A DNA stretch of 64,000 nt, from IMG/VR virus record IMGVR_UViG_3300027704_003324, positions 64,001 through 128,000 of that record; one strand, given 5' to 3'. Of this stretch, positions 10,560-20,088 are shown piece by piece. Within the stretch, counting starts at the first letter, position 1, and each line of letters opens with the position of its first letter. The stretch comes from a virus. The position numbers and the translations under genes were made by a program. Below the pieces are notes generated by a model. It was given only the letters and a program-made list of their open reading frames with translations. It searched no databases and was not told the DNA's origin.

Positions 10560-10604
10560 AGTTTTAGTTTTAGTTGTTTAATTTATTATAAATAGGTCCG
10601 TATT

Positions 10605-13600
10605 TTAGGCCTGATTAAGGTATTTCCCCATTTCAAATCCACTTAACTTAATAATAGGTTTGTCTGGGTTGTTGATTTTATGTAAAGTAACAGTGTTAAG
10701 TAGTTTCAATTCCTTAGACAACTTATTAACTGTTTGTTGTAGTACTACTGTTTGTTTTTTTGATTCTTTTATTTGTTCACCTTCTCGATCCACTGAGTCT
10801 AGTGTTGACTTAAATTCTTTAATTTGATTATCAGCACCTAAAGCAATAGATTTTTGCATTATCATTGCACTAGTCTGACCAGATTTAGCAAGCATCTGTG
10901 CTTGTTTGTCTGTCATAGTGAACTGCTTCATTTTCTCTGCAGCTTTCTTTAATCTTACAAGTTCTTTTTCTGCTGCGGTAGTTTCTTTTTTACCTGCATC
11001 TTTAGATTTATCATCTCCAGAACCAGATAACCAGCTCCAACCTTTCTTAAAGAAGCTTTTAGCTTTACTAGCTAAACCTCCAGTTACTGCGTCAAGACCT
11101 GCTGTTAAATACTCACCTCCTTCAGATATTTTATCTCCTATAGAAGAAGCAATAGCTTTTACACCACTAACTGCTGCTGAAGCTCCTTCAGTAAGTTTAT
11201 CTTTAAAGAAGCCTCCTACTGCTGCTAATCCTTTACCTGTATCTTTAAGACGGTCAAACATAAAGCCGCCTACTTTACCTAATGCTTCTTTAGTACCCTC
11301 CCAAGCAGTACTTGCAAAGCCTGTAATAGACTCCGCTACTGCAGTTCCTACTTGTTTTGCTTTTTCCCATGCTCCTTTAGCTCCATCGGCTATTTTTTGT
11401 CCAAATTCTGCTACTCCTTGTCTTAGTTTAGAGTTAGGGTCTGAGAATACTTTAAATCCTTCTGCTGCAGTACCTATTAATCCACCTACGGCTGCTCCAA
11501 CTGCTGTACCTATACCAGGTATTATTGAACCAATTGCTGCTCCAACTCCTGCTCCTCTAGCTCCTGCGGCTGCAATACCCATTGCTTCATCTCCTGCACT
11601 ACCTTCTTTTATTCCGACCATGCTACTTAGCATTGATCCTTTATTTGCATTTCCGGTTAAAGCTCCAAGTATACCACCTTCGGTAGCACCCATATCTTCT
11701 CTAATACCAGCTGTTTTCTTTTCTTCTGATGTTTTTCCGGCTACTTGACTAGCTCCAGTAAAAGCACCCATGGCAAGTTCTAAAGGAGCTAATAATTTTC
11801 CTCCTATACCTTTTAAAGCAGGTCCAACGAATTTACCTACTCCTCCTAAGGATGTAGCTATTTTTGGTCCAACACCAGTAAATACTTTTGTTAATCCTCC
11901 TCCAGTTTTAGTAATACCGCTAAATACTTTCGAAAGCATATTAGATTTACTACCCAAATTCTTGAATACTTGACCGGCAAAAGATTGATTTTTACCCATC
12001 ATGGCAGCAACATTTCTCAGTTGCTTACCAACTATAGTAGATTTTCCACCAAATACTTTTGATAAACCTTTAAAGCCTTTTAGCCATTTAGGGCTTTTAG
12101 TACTTAGTTTCATTACATCGCCCAATCCGCTGCTTTTCCCACCTGTAGTGTGTAGAGGGTTAAGTGAACTACTACCTTTTTTACCGAAAAGCATATCCTT
12201 TATGCCGGATGCTGCTTTAATTGCTATTGTTGCACCTCCTGCTGCTATTGCGAGAGAGCCTAATAGTTTACCCATTAGAGAGCCACTAATAGCTTTATCG
12301 TCAAAGATGTTTGTAAACCCTTCTTTAATACCTGTCCATACTTTGGTAAAGAGGTTTTTCATACCATCGATAAACCCATCTTTTTTAAATCCATTAAGAA
12401 TATCCATAGCAAAGCTTCCAGCTCCAAGAGCCATGTTCTCTTTAAACTTAGCCATTGCATCTGATAAGCCAGTCATTTTAGATATTGATTTATCTATTCC
12501 TGCTTGTAGTTCGGCATCTGATTTCTTTGCGTTTGCTGCATTCTTTGCTGCAGTTTCACCTGATTCAGCGGTCATGGTTTTTAAAGCATCACCTGAATCT
12601 CTAGCTTTTATGTATTGGTCTCTGGTTAATCCAATAGATTTAGCAAAGGCATCTTGAGCCATTACATTATCTCCAATTGAATCTTTATTTTCAGAAACTA
12701 ATCTGTTTATCTCAGCTGCTTGACTTGCAACATCTCCATTTGCTGCTGCTGCTCTAAGCTTATCTAAGTTTAATTCTTTTCCAAGCATTAACTCTGCTTC
12801 CATTTCTTTAGCAAGAGATGATTCAAAGTCTAATGTACTTTCTGCTGCAGATGCTATATCGTCCATTTCTAGACCTAACATTCTGGCTTGAGTAGCTGCT
12901 TGTATTAATGCGTTTTTGTTCTTACCTATATTGGCTAATACTGAGTCTGATGCATTAGCTATTCCTTCGTATATTACTTTACTAGATATTGCTACTTTGT
13001 TATTGGCATTGAATCTTTCAGTACCTACTGCAATACTATCTACAAAATCTTTATAATTATTACCGGTTTTAGCAGAAATGATCTGAAGTTTAGATGCATC
13101 TCCTGCTGCTACTCCGAATTTTTTAGTTAACTTACCGAATGAAAGTACATTTTCTCTTGTCTGTACAAGGCTCATTCCTAAGCCGTTATTCATTTCACCT
13201 ATCAGAGCGGCTGCTTCTTGTAAAGGTATCTTAAGTTTGCTTGCTGCTGCAGTTACAGCTCCCATTTGGGATGCTGCACTTAATGATGTTGCTCCTAAAC
13301 TTTTCTGTACTGCTGCTGCTGCATCAGACATTTTAAAGATACCATCAACTGCTAATTTTACAAAAGCAGTTAATGACGCTACTGCTATTGCCTGTATTGA
13401 ACCAGCTAAAGCTTTATACCTAGCTTTAGTTTTACTGATTCCTTTTGCTACAGCGTCTTGGTATGCTTTATTTGCACTTGTTAATTGTCCAAATATTGCT
13501 CCTACTGCATCTCCAAGTATAGGTATTCCACCCATTACTTTAGAGATATTCTCTATTGATCGAAGAAAGCCTCCTCCAGCTTCATCAATCTTTTTCATCT

Positions 13601-14531
13601 CAGCTTGAAGAGCTTCTGCTGAATTTACTTGTCCGTCTATCTCCTCTTTTGCAATCTTGTGTAAACCTACTAAGTCTTTAACAGCGTTTTCCTGAGCTAC
13701 TAATGTTGTGAGTGTTTGAGAAGCAGCTTCTTGTACAATACCTGCTTTATCTGCTTCTTGTTGTTTTTCTTTTGTTTTCTTTATTGCAAGCTCTACCTCT
13801 TTCTCCATGCTCGCCACCATATTGGTGTTTTGAGCCATTTGAGCGTTTTGGAGGTCTATTAAGGCTTCTGCTTCTTCAACCCCTTTTTGTGCTTGTTTAA
13901 TTCGATCATCTTGATGATCAAGTCCTTTCTTTTGTAATTCTTCAAGTTTTATACTTGCTGAAATAGCTGCGTCATTAGATCCTGCTAATTTAGCATATAT
14001 TTTAGCATTTTCTTCTCCTAATTGTTTTGCATTTGCTGCAAGTCCTGCTGAAGCATCAGATTCCTGTTGTTTTAGTTCAACTAGTTCTTTAGCTATTTGC
14101 TTTGATTCTGCTGAAAGTCTAGTGTTGGTTTCTGCTGCGATTAGAGAAGCTGCTGTGATGTTTTCTCCTTCTTCTTGTAATGCTAGTAGTTGGGCAGCAA
14201 TAGCTGCTTGTTCAGACTGTATACCTAATACTTTTCTTTCAAAGGACGCTCTTTCTTTGGTACTAGATAGATGGTTAGTGGTAAGGCCACTTAATTCTTT
14301 AGCAAAGTCTGTGTTCTTTTTATAGCTTTTGGCTAATGATTCAGCAAATCCGGTTAAAGATTGAGAACTTTTAACTCCTTCTTTACTAAACTCACCAATA
14401 TCCTTAAAAGCAGCTGCAACTCCTCTAAGTTTTGCTTCTACTTTTGCAGCTTCTAAGTTAATTTGCTTTAATTCAGCAACTCTTTCTTTTGAAGCTCCTT
14501 CGTTTCCTTTATTTGGTTGAGTCTCAGCCAT
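10605..14531 (-). CDS. Tail tape measure protein
   Basis: 1308 aa, Ala/Gly/Lys-rich and helical, with an N-terminal coiled coil and a GAAIGSIIPGIGTAVGAAVGGLIG segment; canonical position after tube and chaperones. Confidence 0.88.
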   Translation of the reverse strand: MAETQPNKGNEGASKERVAELKQINLEAAKVEAKLRGVAAAFKDIGEFSKEGVKSSQSLTGFAESLAKSYKKNTDFAKELSGLTTNHLSSTKERASFERKVLGIQSEQAAIAAQLLALQEEGENITAASLIAAETNTRLSAESKQIAKELVELKQQESDASAGLAANAKQLGEENAKIYAKLAGSNDAAISASIKLEELQKKGLDHQDDRIKQAQKGVEEAEALIDLQNAQMAQNTNMVASMEKEVELAIKKTKEKQQEADKAGIVQEAASQTLTTLVAQENAVKDLVGLHKIAKEEIDGQVNSAEALQAEMKKIDEAGGGFLRSIENISKVMGGIPILGDAVGAIFGQLTSANKAYQDAVAKGISKTKARYKALAGSIQAIAVASLTAFVKLAVDGIFKMSDAAAAVQKSLGATSLSAASQMGAVTAAASKLKIPLQEAAALIGEMNNGLGMSLVQTRENVLSFGKLTKKFGVAAGDASKLQIISAKTGNNYKDFVDSIAVGTERFNANNKVAISSKVIYEGIANASDSVLANIGKNKNALIQAATQARMLGLEMDDIASAAESTLDFESSLAKEMEAELMLGKELNLDKLRAAAANGDVASQAAEINRLVSENKDSIGDNVMAQDAFAKSIGLTRDQYIKARDSGDALKTMTAESGETAAKNAANAKKSDAELQAGIDKSISKMTGLSDAMAKFKENMALGAGSFAMDILNGFKKDGFIDGMKNLFTKVWTGIKEGFTNIFDDKAISGSLMGKLLGSLAIAAGGATIAIKAASGIKDMLFGKKGSSSLNPLHTTGGKSSGLGDVMKLSTKSPKWLKGFKGLSKVFGGKSTIVGKQLRNVAAMMGKNQSFAGQVFKNLGSKSNMLSKVFSGITKTGGGLTKVFTGVGPKIATSLGGVGKFVGPALKGIGGKLLAPLELAMGAFTGASQVAGKTSEEKKTAGIREDMGATEGGILGALTGNANKGSMLSSMVGIKEGSAGDEAMGIAAAGARGAGVGAAIGSIIPGIGTAVGAAVGGLIGTAAEGFKVFSDPNSKLRQGVAEFGQKIADGAKGAWEKAKQVGTAVAESITGFASTAWEGTKEALGKVGGFMFDRLKDTGKGLAAVGGFFKDKLTEGASAAVSGVKAIASSIGDKISEGGEYLTAGLDAVTGGLASKAKSFFKKGWSWLSGSGDDKSKDAGKKETTAAEKELVRLKKAAEKMKQFTMTDKQAQMLAKSGQTSAMIMQKSIALGADNQIKEFKSTLDSVDREGEQIKESKKQTVVLQQTVNKLSKELKLLNTVTLHKINNPDKPIIKLSGFEMGKYLNQA

Positions 14532-14570
14532 TTATTACTTTACGTTTAGTATAAATAGTAAAGGCTTCCA

Positions 14571-14831
14571 TTAGTTGGAAGCCGTAGTACTATAATCTGG
14601 AGATATATTAGGACCTTTAGGTCTGGTGCTTTGAGTAGGTTGAGCATCCTCTGCTGCTTCGTTCTTTTTTTCAAAATAATCATTAATATAATTGAACGTT
14701 AAACGTCTCAACCATATAGGCATATTATAAACTGTATGCCAGTCGTACCCACCTTTACTATGAAAACAAATTTCGTGTATCTGTCTAAATAAACTAGTCC
14801 TGTAGTCTCTTGCTTGACTAGGCGTCAGGCC
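14571..14831 (-). CDS. Tail assembly chaperone second part (gp51 / lambda gpT-like), probably made by frameshift
   Basis: W-x-x-V-Y-N-M-P-I-W-L-R-R motif; overlaps the 3' end of the upstream gene in the +1 frame across a U7 run. Confidence 0.7.
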   Translation of the reverse strand, partial: GLTPSQARDYRTSLFRQIHEICFHSKGGYDWHTVYNMPIWLRRLTFNYINDYFEKKNEAAEDAQPTQSTRPKGPNISPDYSTTASN

Positions 14832-15558
14832 AAAAAAAGTTGATCCCAATAGGGACATCAACCTCCTCCCCTCGACCGTCTTCATCTATATTATAGAATT
14901 TGAAGTCTACATCAGGCTGAAGTCTTGTATATTCATTCCTTAATGCTCTAGCATCTTGAGCTAATAGACCTTGGTCTACAAACTGTCGAATAGTTCCTTG
15001 TTCTCTTTCTCCGTTTACTGAGGTAATCATGTACTTAAGTCTTGTTGACATTGTAGCACTACTCTCTTTATTGATCTTTTTTAACCCGGTAACTTCTCTT
15101 TCTATGTTAGTATCGTCTCCATGGGTTAATAATTTAAAAGTAACTTGGTTACCACTTTTTGGTAGTGAGAAGGTAAATTCATTCTCTCCCGGCTTGTAGT
15201 CATCAAGGTTGATATCTTTATCTTTCAACTCTGTTAAGTCAATCGTAACGTCTTTTCCCTCTATAGTAACGTCGTAATCCTTACCATACGATAAGATTCG
15301 TGCTGCTACCATAATTGCGTTCTTATCCCCGATTAATAATTCGTTATAAGGGAAATCTGTAACAATTAAGGATTTAAGTAATTTATCTATTACTACTCCT
15401 TTAGCGATATAATTTTGATTGGTTAAGATATCTTCTTCTTTAGCTGTCATATACTTCATCTCTATTGTTCCAGATGAAAGTGCATGGTCAGCAGGATAAA
15501 GTCGTCCTTTTGATGGTAAATCTACCTGTTCGGTAGGTATTGAAAATTTTGGTTCCAT
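14818..15558 (-). CDS. Tail assembly chaperone / T4 gp26-like baseplate hub assembly protein (true start is the ATG at 15558)
   Basis: LPSKG-x-x-Y, MTAKEEDIL, LLIGDKNAIMVAARILSYG, ends in FFWPDA. The longer start in the ORF track runs through the promoter. Confidence 0.8.
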   Translation of the reverse strand: MEPKFSIPTEQVDLPSKGRLYPADHALSSGTIEMKYMTAKEEDILTNQNYIAKGVVIDKLLKSLIVTDFPYNELLIGDKNAIMVAARILSYGKDYDVTIEGKDVTIDLTELKDKDINLDDYKPGENEFTFSLPKSGNQVTFKLLTHGDDTNIEREVTGLKKINKESSATMSTRLKYMITSVNGEREQGTIRQFVDQGLLAQDARALRNEYTRLQPDVDFKFYNIDEDGRGEEVDVPIGINFFWPDA

Positions 15559-15588
15559 AAATTTTATTTGTTTGTAACTTATTCTACA

Positions 15589-15621
15589 TATAAATATACG
15601 AAGAATATATTCTCTAGGCAA
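15589..15621 (-). promoter_or_regulatory. Overlapping host-type promoter (TTG-N20-TATATTTA) and TATTTATA motif
   Basis: Direct sequence match. Confidence 0.7.
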
Positions 15622-15630
15622 CTTCTACAC

Positions 15631-15660
15631 AAAAAAAAAGCCCAACCTAAGTTGAGCTCT
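15631..15660 (-). terminator. Intrinsic terminator after the tail tube gene
   Basis: Minus strand AGCTCAAC-TTAG-GTTGGGCT followed by a T-tract. Confidence 0.85.
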
Positions 15661-15679
15661 CTTGTATATAAAAAGATCC

Positions 15680-16165
15680 TTAGAAGTTTAGTACACAGTA
15701 ATCCATGTTAATAGTGATTCCTAAATCAACTACTGCATCAGAAGACCAGTCAAATTGACCGAAATCTCCATTGGTTACAAATGCGCCTTTAATTAACCAC
15801 TCTCCTACAATATCACCTACTGGTCCTAAGACGTTAAGAGTAATATCTTTTTTGTAGAAGTCTGAATAACCAGCTCTTCCTGTTACTGATTCGTATCCTA
15901 GTCTTGCCCATTCCATTACGGCTTGTGCTCCACTTGGAGTTATTGGGTCATATAGAGTCATAGTCATTTCTGCCCATTCTCTTTTCCCTCTAATCTTACG
16001 ATAAGAGTTCATATGATCTAATTTTACTACATTGTCTGTAAAAGTAGGTGCTTTTACATTTTTTATCATGAATGATGGAATACCATCTATAAGCATGATG
16101 AATCTGTTTTGGACTTTCGGTTCGAAAGCTCTGAACATTATTTCGTTAGGATCTAATACTGCCAT
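15680..16165 (-). CDS. Tail tube protein (T4 gp19-like)
   Basis: FEPKVQNRF, W-x-E-M-T-M-T-L-Y-D, YKKDITL, GEWLIKGAF; follows the sheath gene. Confidence 0.9.
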   Translation of the reverse strand: MAVLDPNEIMFRAFEPKVQNRFIMLIDGIPSFMIKNVKAPTFTDNVVKLDHMNSYRKIRGKREWAEMTMTLYDPITPSGAQAVMEWARLGYESVTGRAGYSDFYKKDITLNVLGPVGDIVGEWLIKGAFVTNGDFGQFDWSSDAVVDLGITINMDYCVLNF

Positions 16166-16204
16166 GTTTGTTTATCTTTTATATAAATATTCTGTTATTA
16201 TAAA

Positions 16205-17947
16205 TTATGCTCCAAAAGTTGCTCCAGTAGGCATAATTACGAAATCTAGAGAAATAAATTCTGCTGTTTTAGCTGGTTGGATGAAAATCTGACCAATTAA
16301 TTGATTTCTGTCAATTACGTCTGCTGTGTTGTTAGTGTCGTCCATTACTACTCTAAAAGCATAAAGACCTTGTCTTTGTACTACTGATTCTAAGTAAGGA
16401 TTCACTGAGCTCAAGAAGCTATTTCTTGTTGCTATAGTATTTTGTTCGAATACTATATTTTTCGCTGCATCTCCTAAGAATTTCTTAAGATCAATTAGCA
16501 ATCGTCTAACATTTACTCTATCAAGAGCTGATTTCTTTTTCTGCAATGTTTTTTGACCGAATACTGATATTCCACTTCCAGGGAATGTAGCGATTGGGTT
16601 AACGTTAGCTGCATATAAAGTATCTCTTTGAGATCTAGTTAATTTTCTTTCTGCTTGGATTACATTAGGAATACCTCCTCTAGTAAGACCTGCTGGTGCA
16701 AACCATGGAGCTGCTGCATTGTCTGTAAATACATATACACCTGGTATAACAACACCTGCTGGTACAAATTCGTTTCTTCCTGTAGCTGAACCTACTTGCA
16801 ACCAAGGCCAGTAAGTAGCTGCATAAGAACTGTTAACTGTTCCTGCATTTCCTGCTGCATTAGAGACCATTGATCCGTAAGGACTTAAATCTACTACTGC
16901 GATATTGTCTCCTCTATTAGAAGATAAAGACATCATTGAATCTAACTGTACTTTGTGATCTCCGTAGCTATAAATAAGACCTGGAGCTGATACGATGTTA
17001 AATACGTACTCATCTTCGTTAGATAAGATTGAAATAGCATCTGCGTAATCTGCTGCATCTAATCCTTGAATGTTAGTAGCGTTTATTTCGCTAAACATTT
17101 TGTTAGGTCCGCTAGACTTCCATAAGTTTCCTGAAGCACCGTGGAAAGATCCAGATGATACAGCTGGAAGTGATCCAGAATAAGCTCCTGTTCTAATATT
17201 GATACCATCATTAGATAAATAATCTAAAGTTGCTCTGTCTACAGATGATACTCTAATGTATCTAGATCTGTTAACATAAGAACCAACTGATGCTAAGTAT
17301 ACTGAAGAACCATCGCTTGCTTTAGTCTTATATTGATCACCAATTACTTTAGCAATATATCCTTCTGAGTTAGGATCTAAACTTAAGTCATTAAATGATT
17401 CTAATATTGTTTTTTCTTTTGTACTATCATCTCCTCTACGAACTAGTAAAGAGAAAGTTCCGTTAGCCTTGCTTACGTTTCCGATTTCCCATCTTACATT
17501 GTCTGATGATCCAGATACTAAAGATCCATCACTGTTTTGTGATCCTGCATCTCCTGCTCCTGTAGAGTTATTGAATAAAGCTCCTTTTCCTAAAGATGTT
17601 AGTGTAAAAGGGGCTGCTCCTGCATCCGCTGCAGCTATTGTACTGTTACTAGCGCCAGAAAAACTTCCGTCTACTACTCTAGTAATTAATGCCGATGAAC
17701 CACCTTGTTCAAAGTAGGATTTAACAGCTATTGAAGTCAAAAATTCTGACTTAGCTGATCCTGATTGAAAAGTTGTTCCAAAAAGTCGTTGGTAAGCACC
17801 ATATGAGGTTACTACAGTTGGTTCTTCAACTGGTCCTAATACTGTTGGTCCTATAAAGGCTGCTCCAGCCGCTAAAGGTGATGGTGCAATAAATGATTTA
17901 TCCTGCTCGCGTGATAAAACACCTGGTGAGATTAAAGTTTCTGCCAT
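16205..17947 (-). CDS. Tail sheath protein (T4 gp18-like)
   Basis: ISPGVLSRE, YWPW, PWFAPAGLTRG, VNPI, VFGQKT, RVNVRRL and PAKTAEFI. Confidence 0.96.
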   Translation of the reverse strand: MAETLISPGVLSREQDKSFIAPSPLAAGAAFIGPTVLGPVEEPTVVTSYGAYQRLFGTTFQSGSAKSEFLTSIAVKSYFEQGGSSALITRVVDGSFSGASNSTIAAADAGAAPFTLTSLGKGALFNNSTGAGDAGSQNSDGSLVSGSSDNVRWEIGNVSKANGTFSLLVRRGDDSTKEKTILESFNDLSLDPNSEGYIAKVIGDQYKTKASDGSSVYLASVGSYVNRSRYIRVSSVDRATLDYLSNDGINIRTGAYSGSLPAVSSGSFHGASGNLWKSSGPNKMFSEINATNIQGLDAADYADAISILSNEDEYVFNIVSAPGLIYSYGDHKVQLDSMMSLSSNRGDNIAVVDLSPYGSMVSNAAGNAGTVNSSYAATYWPWLQVGSATGRNEFVPAGVVIPGVYVFTDNAAAPWFAPAGLTRGGIPNVIQAERKLTRSQRDTLYAANVNPIATFPGSGISVFGQKTLQKKKSALDRVNVRRLLIDLKKFLGDAAKNIVFEQNTIATRNSFLSSVNPYLESVVQRQGLYAFRVVMDDTNNTADVIDRNQLIGQIFIQPAKTAEFISLDFVIMPTGATFGA

Positions 17948-18042
17948 GTTATCTTAAAATTAGATTATTCGTTCTATAATAAATATCGTTAGTAAATCGA
18001 AACAGTTTGATATAGTTGCTGTTCTATTAACATTTATAAATA

Positions 18043-18070
18043 GGAAAAGAGGTCCTAAAACCTCCCTTCT
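18043..18070 (-). terminator. Probable terminator closing the modification island
   Basis: Minus strand AAGGGAGGT-TTTAGG-ACCTCTTTT; TATTTAT motifs follow at 18035-18042 and 17978-17985. Confidence 0.6.
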
Positions 18071-18093
18071 TTAAATAATATATAAGATCTTTT

Positions 18094-18369
18094 TTATTTT
18101 ACGGCTGTAAACTCTCCGGTTGTAGTATTAACTGTACCTTTACCGTACTTTTCTTCAAGGGCTTTTGCTAATGTAACTTCGCTCTCTTTTAATTGAACTA
18201 AGTAATTCTGTGCTCTTTCTTTACGTTCAGATAAACTTAACTCTGATAAGCTAATTTTACCGAACTCTACTACTACGGCTTCATTGTTACTTTGAATGCT
18301 CTTAAGTTGGTTTATTTCTTCCTCACTTAATTTTGTTGTAGTTACTTTTGTTGTTTCTTTTTTTGCCAT
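18094..18369 (-). CDS. Small coiled-coil phage protein
   Basis: 91 aa with a LEEKYG-x-G-x-V-N-x-x-TGEF C-terminus. Confidence 0.7.
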   Translation of the reverse strand: MAKKETTKVTTTKLSEEEINQLKSIQSNNEAVVVEFGKISLSELSLSERKERAQNYLVQLKESEVTLAKALEEKYGKGTVNTTTGEFTAVK

Positions 18370-18370
18370 T

Positions 18371-19003
18371 TTATATACAATTAGGAATTTTTAATGTTAA
18401 ATCTTGAATAAGTTTAATTTCTTGTTGTTTAATTAATTCTGTCCATAGAATACTTCCTTCATATTGATCTCCATACTTTTTAATTAGTACTTTATCTAGA
18501 GAGTAGATATTATCTATATACTTATTATACAATATACGAAAAAGTTTCTTAAAAACCAACGGATGTGCAGAAAAAAATCTTTCGTCTATAGTTTCATGCA
18601 GAATCCTACCAAATATACAGTCACTATATTTAACTCCTTTCAATAAAGGGTAAGTATGTCTGTATGCTTCATTATAGTATTGTTTGACATTACTATCGAA
18701 CGCTATACTGTCTATATCTAAATCTGGTTTACCTTTAATAATTAAATCATATTCTTCTAAGTCTTTGATTAAGTTAACTGCTCTGTATGTAGAATGTAGT
18801 ATTGAAAATTTTTTAGGTAGCTCTGAAAGATCTTGTACCTCTATGTTAGTATCCACTCCTCTAAGTTTACCTAGCCATCTTTTATTCTCTTTTGTGTTCC
18901 AAGTATGTATATATACGTCACAGTCATTATTATGTATAAACTCTACAATGTTATCTTGTAATTTTTCAATATGGCCTGATAAGATCAGGGCTATTTTACT
19001 CAT
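18371..19003 (-). CDS. Putative GT-A-like glycosyltransferase
   Basis: KIALILSG, DVYIHTW and YDLIIKGKPDL pattern, similar to phage GT-like proteins. Confidence 0.5.
   Translation of the reverse strand: MSKIALILSGHIEKLQDNIVEFIHNNDCDVYIHTWNTKENKRWLGKLRGVDTNIEVQDLSELPKKFSILHSTYRAVNLIKDLEEYDLIIKGKPDLDIDSIAFDSNVKQYYNEAYRHTYPLLKGVKYSDCIFGRILHETIDERFFSAHPLVFKKLFRILYNKYIDNIYSLDKVLIKKYGDQYEGSILWTELIKQQEIKLIQDLTLKIPNCI
18531..18559 (-). promoter_or_regulatory. Intragenic host-type promoter
   Basis: TTG-N20-TATATT inside the 210 aa ORF. Confidence 0.55.
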
Positions 19004-20088
19004 AATAGTGTTCTGGTACTTTTTGTACGGAATCTATCTAATACGAAATTATTAAATTTCTTAAGTAGTAAGGTCTTGATATTAAACTCTTCTACACCGT
19101 GCTTAGTCCAAGGAGAATCTAAATGGAATTTTTCGATATAGCTATTATCAAAATAATGTTCTTTGTTTAGTAGTTTAGCTGGTTTAATAGCAGTGATATG
19201 TTTAGTACACATAGGATGATGCTCAAAGTGGATTTCAGCTGGTTTACAATCATCAGAAGATAAGTACATATACGGTTCATGTAGCAGGTTAGGAAGATTG
19301 GTAAACCAATATTCTATCTGTTCTACATAGTTAATAATTAGAGGTACCTTTATTTCCGTTGTATCTATATTCCATTCTATACCTATCTGTAAACTAATTT
19401 CATAATGCTCAAGGGGATGTGGATGGTTATCCAAATTTGGTTCCGGTAAAGATCCGTCTCGATTAGGGTAACTACAGTAGACTGAAGGCCATTTTCTTTT
19501 GTCTTCTATTCTTCTCATTTCAATACTCTTATCTAGAAAATAGGGACTGTTGTAAAAGTTTTTTAGTTGAAAAAAAAGATCTGTCTCATTAACAATAGGA
19601 TCAAAATTACTAATACCAAAATTATGATCTACTGGTTCACCTAAAAAGGTTCCTATCCATGGTTCAAACATATGAATCATTTTCAGGTTAATCTTTTTTT
19701 GTTCTGATAATGCGATTGCACTCTTGATATAGCTTACTAATTCTAATGCAGATTGAAGGGGAGAATGCCCTTTAATTATTTCATCTGGTATTTCTTCTTG
19801 ACTAGACATAAGTCCATGTACTGAGTAGTCGCCTGCACTCTCTACTATTCTATCAAATCTACATAGGCTGCTCCATTGAATAATAACTGAATCTCCTTCT
19901 TTAATATCATGTTTTGTGATAGCATGTACAAACGTATTAAAAATAAATTGATTACCTCCGCCACATTTAGCGTAGTTATAACTCTCATCAAAAGTAGCTG
20001 CTAAGTAGTCTGCATATGTCGGCCATAGGTAATTTGTATAGCTACATCCGAATGCAAAAAATCTACTGTTTGAATCTTGTGTTTCCAT
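19000..20088 (-). CDS. SGNH/GDSL-like hydrolase or acyltransferase
   Basis: Block I FGCSYT, GGGN, IIQWS and DNHP catalytic-like motif. Confidence 0.6.
   Translation of the reverse strand: METQDSNSRFFAFGCSYTNYLWPTYADYLAATFDESYNYAKCGGGNQFIFNTFVHAITKHDIKEGDSVIIQWSSLCRFDRIVESAGDYSVHGLMSSQEEIPDEIIKGHSPLQSALELVSYIKSAIALSEQKKINLKMIHMFEPWIGTFLGEPVDHNFGISNFDPIVNETDLFFQLKNFYNSPYFLDKSIEMRRIEDKRKWPSVYCSYPNRDGSLPEPNLDNHPHPLEHYEISLQIGIEWNIDTTEIKVPLIINYVEQIEYWFTNLPNLLHEPYMYLSSDDCKPAEIHFEHHPMCTKHITAIKPAKLLNKEHYFDNSYIEKFHLDSPWTKHGVEEFNIKTLLLKKFNNFVLDRFRTKSTRTLL

Noticed and set aside
10906-13608. Long plus-strand ORFs (280, 218 and 123 aa) opposite the tape measure gene, and similar ones opposite the fibre and scaffold genes
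   Set aside because: They are antisense shadows caused by codon bias in Ala/Gly/Thr-rich genes. They show no motifs or promoters, and all credible genes are on the minus strand.
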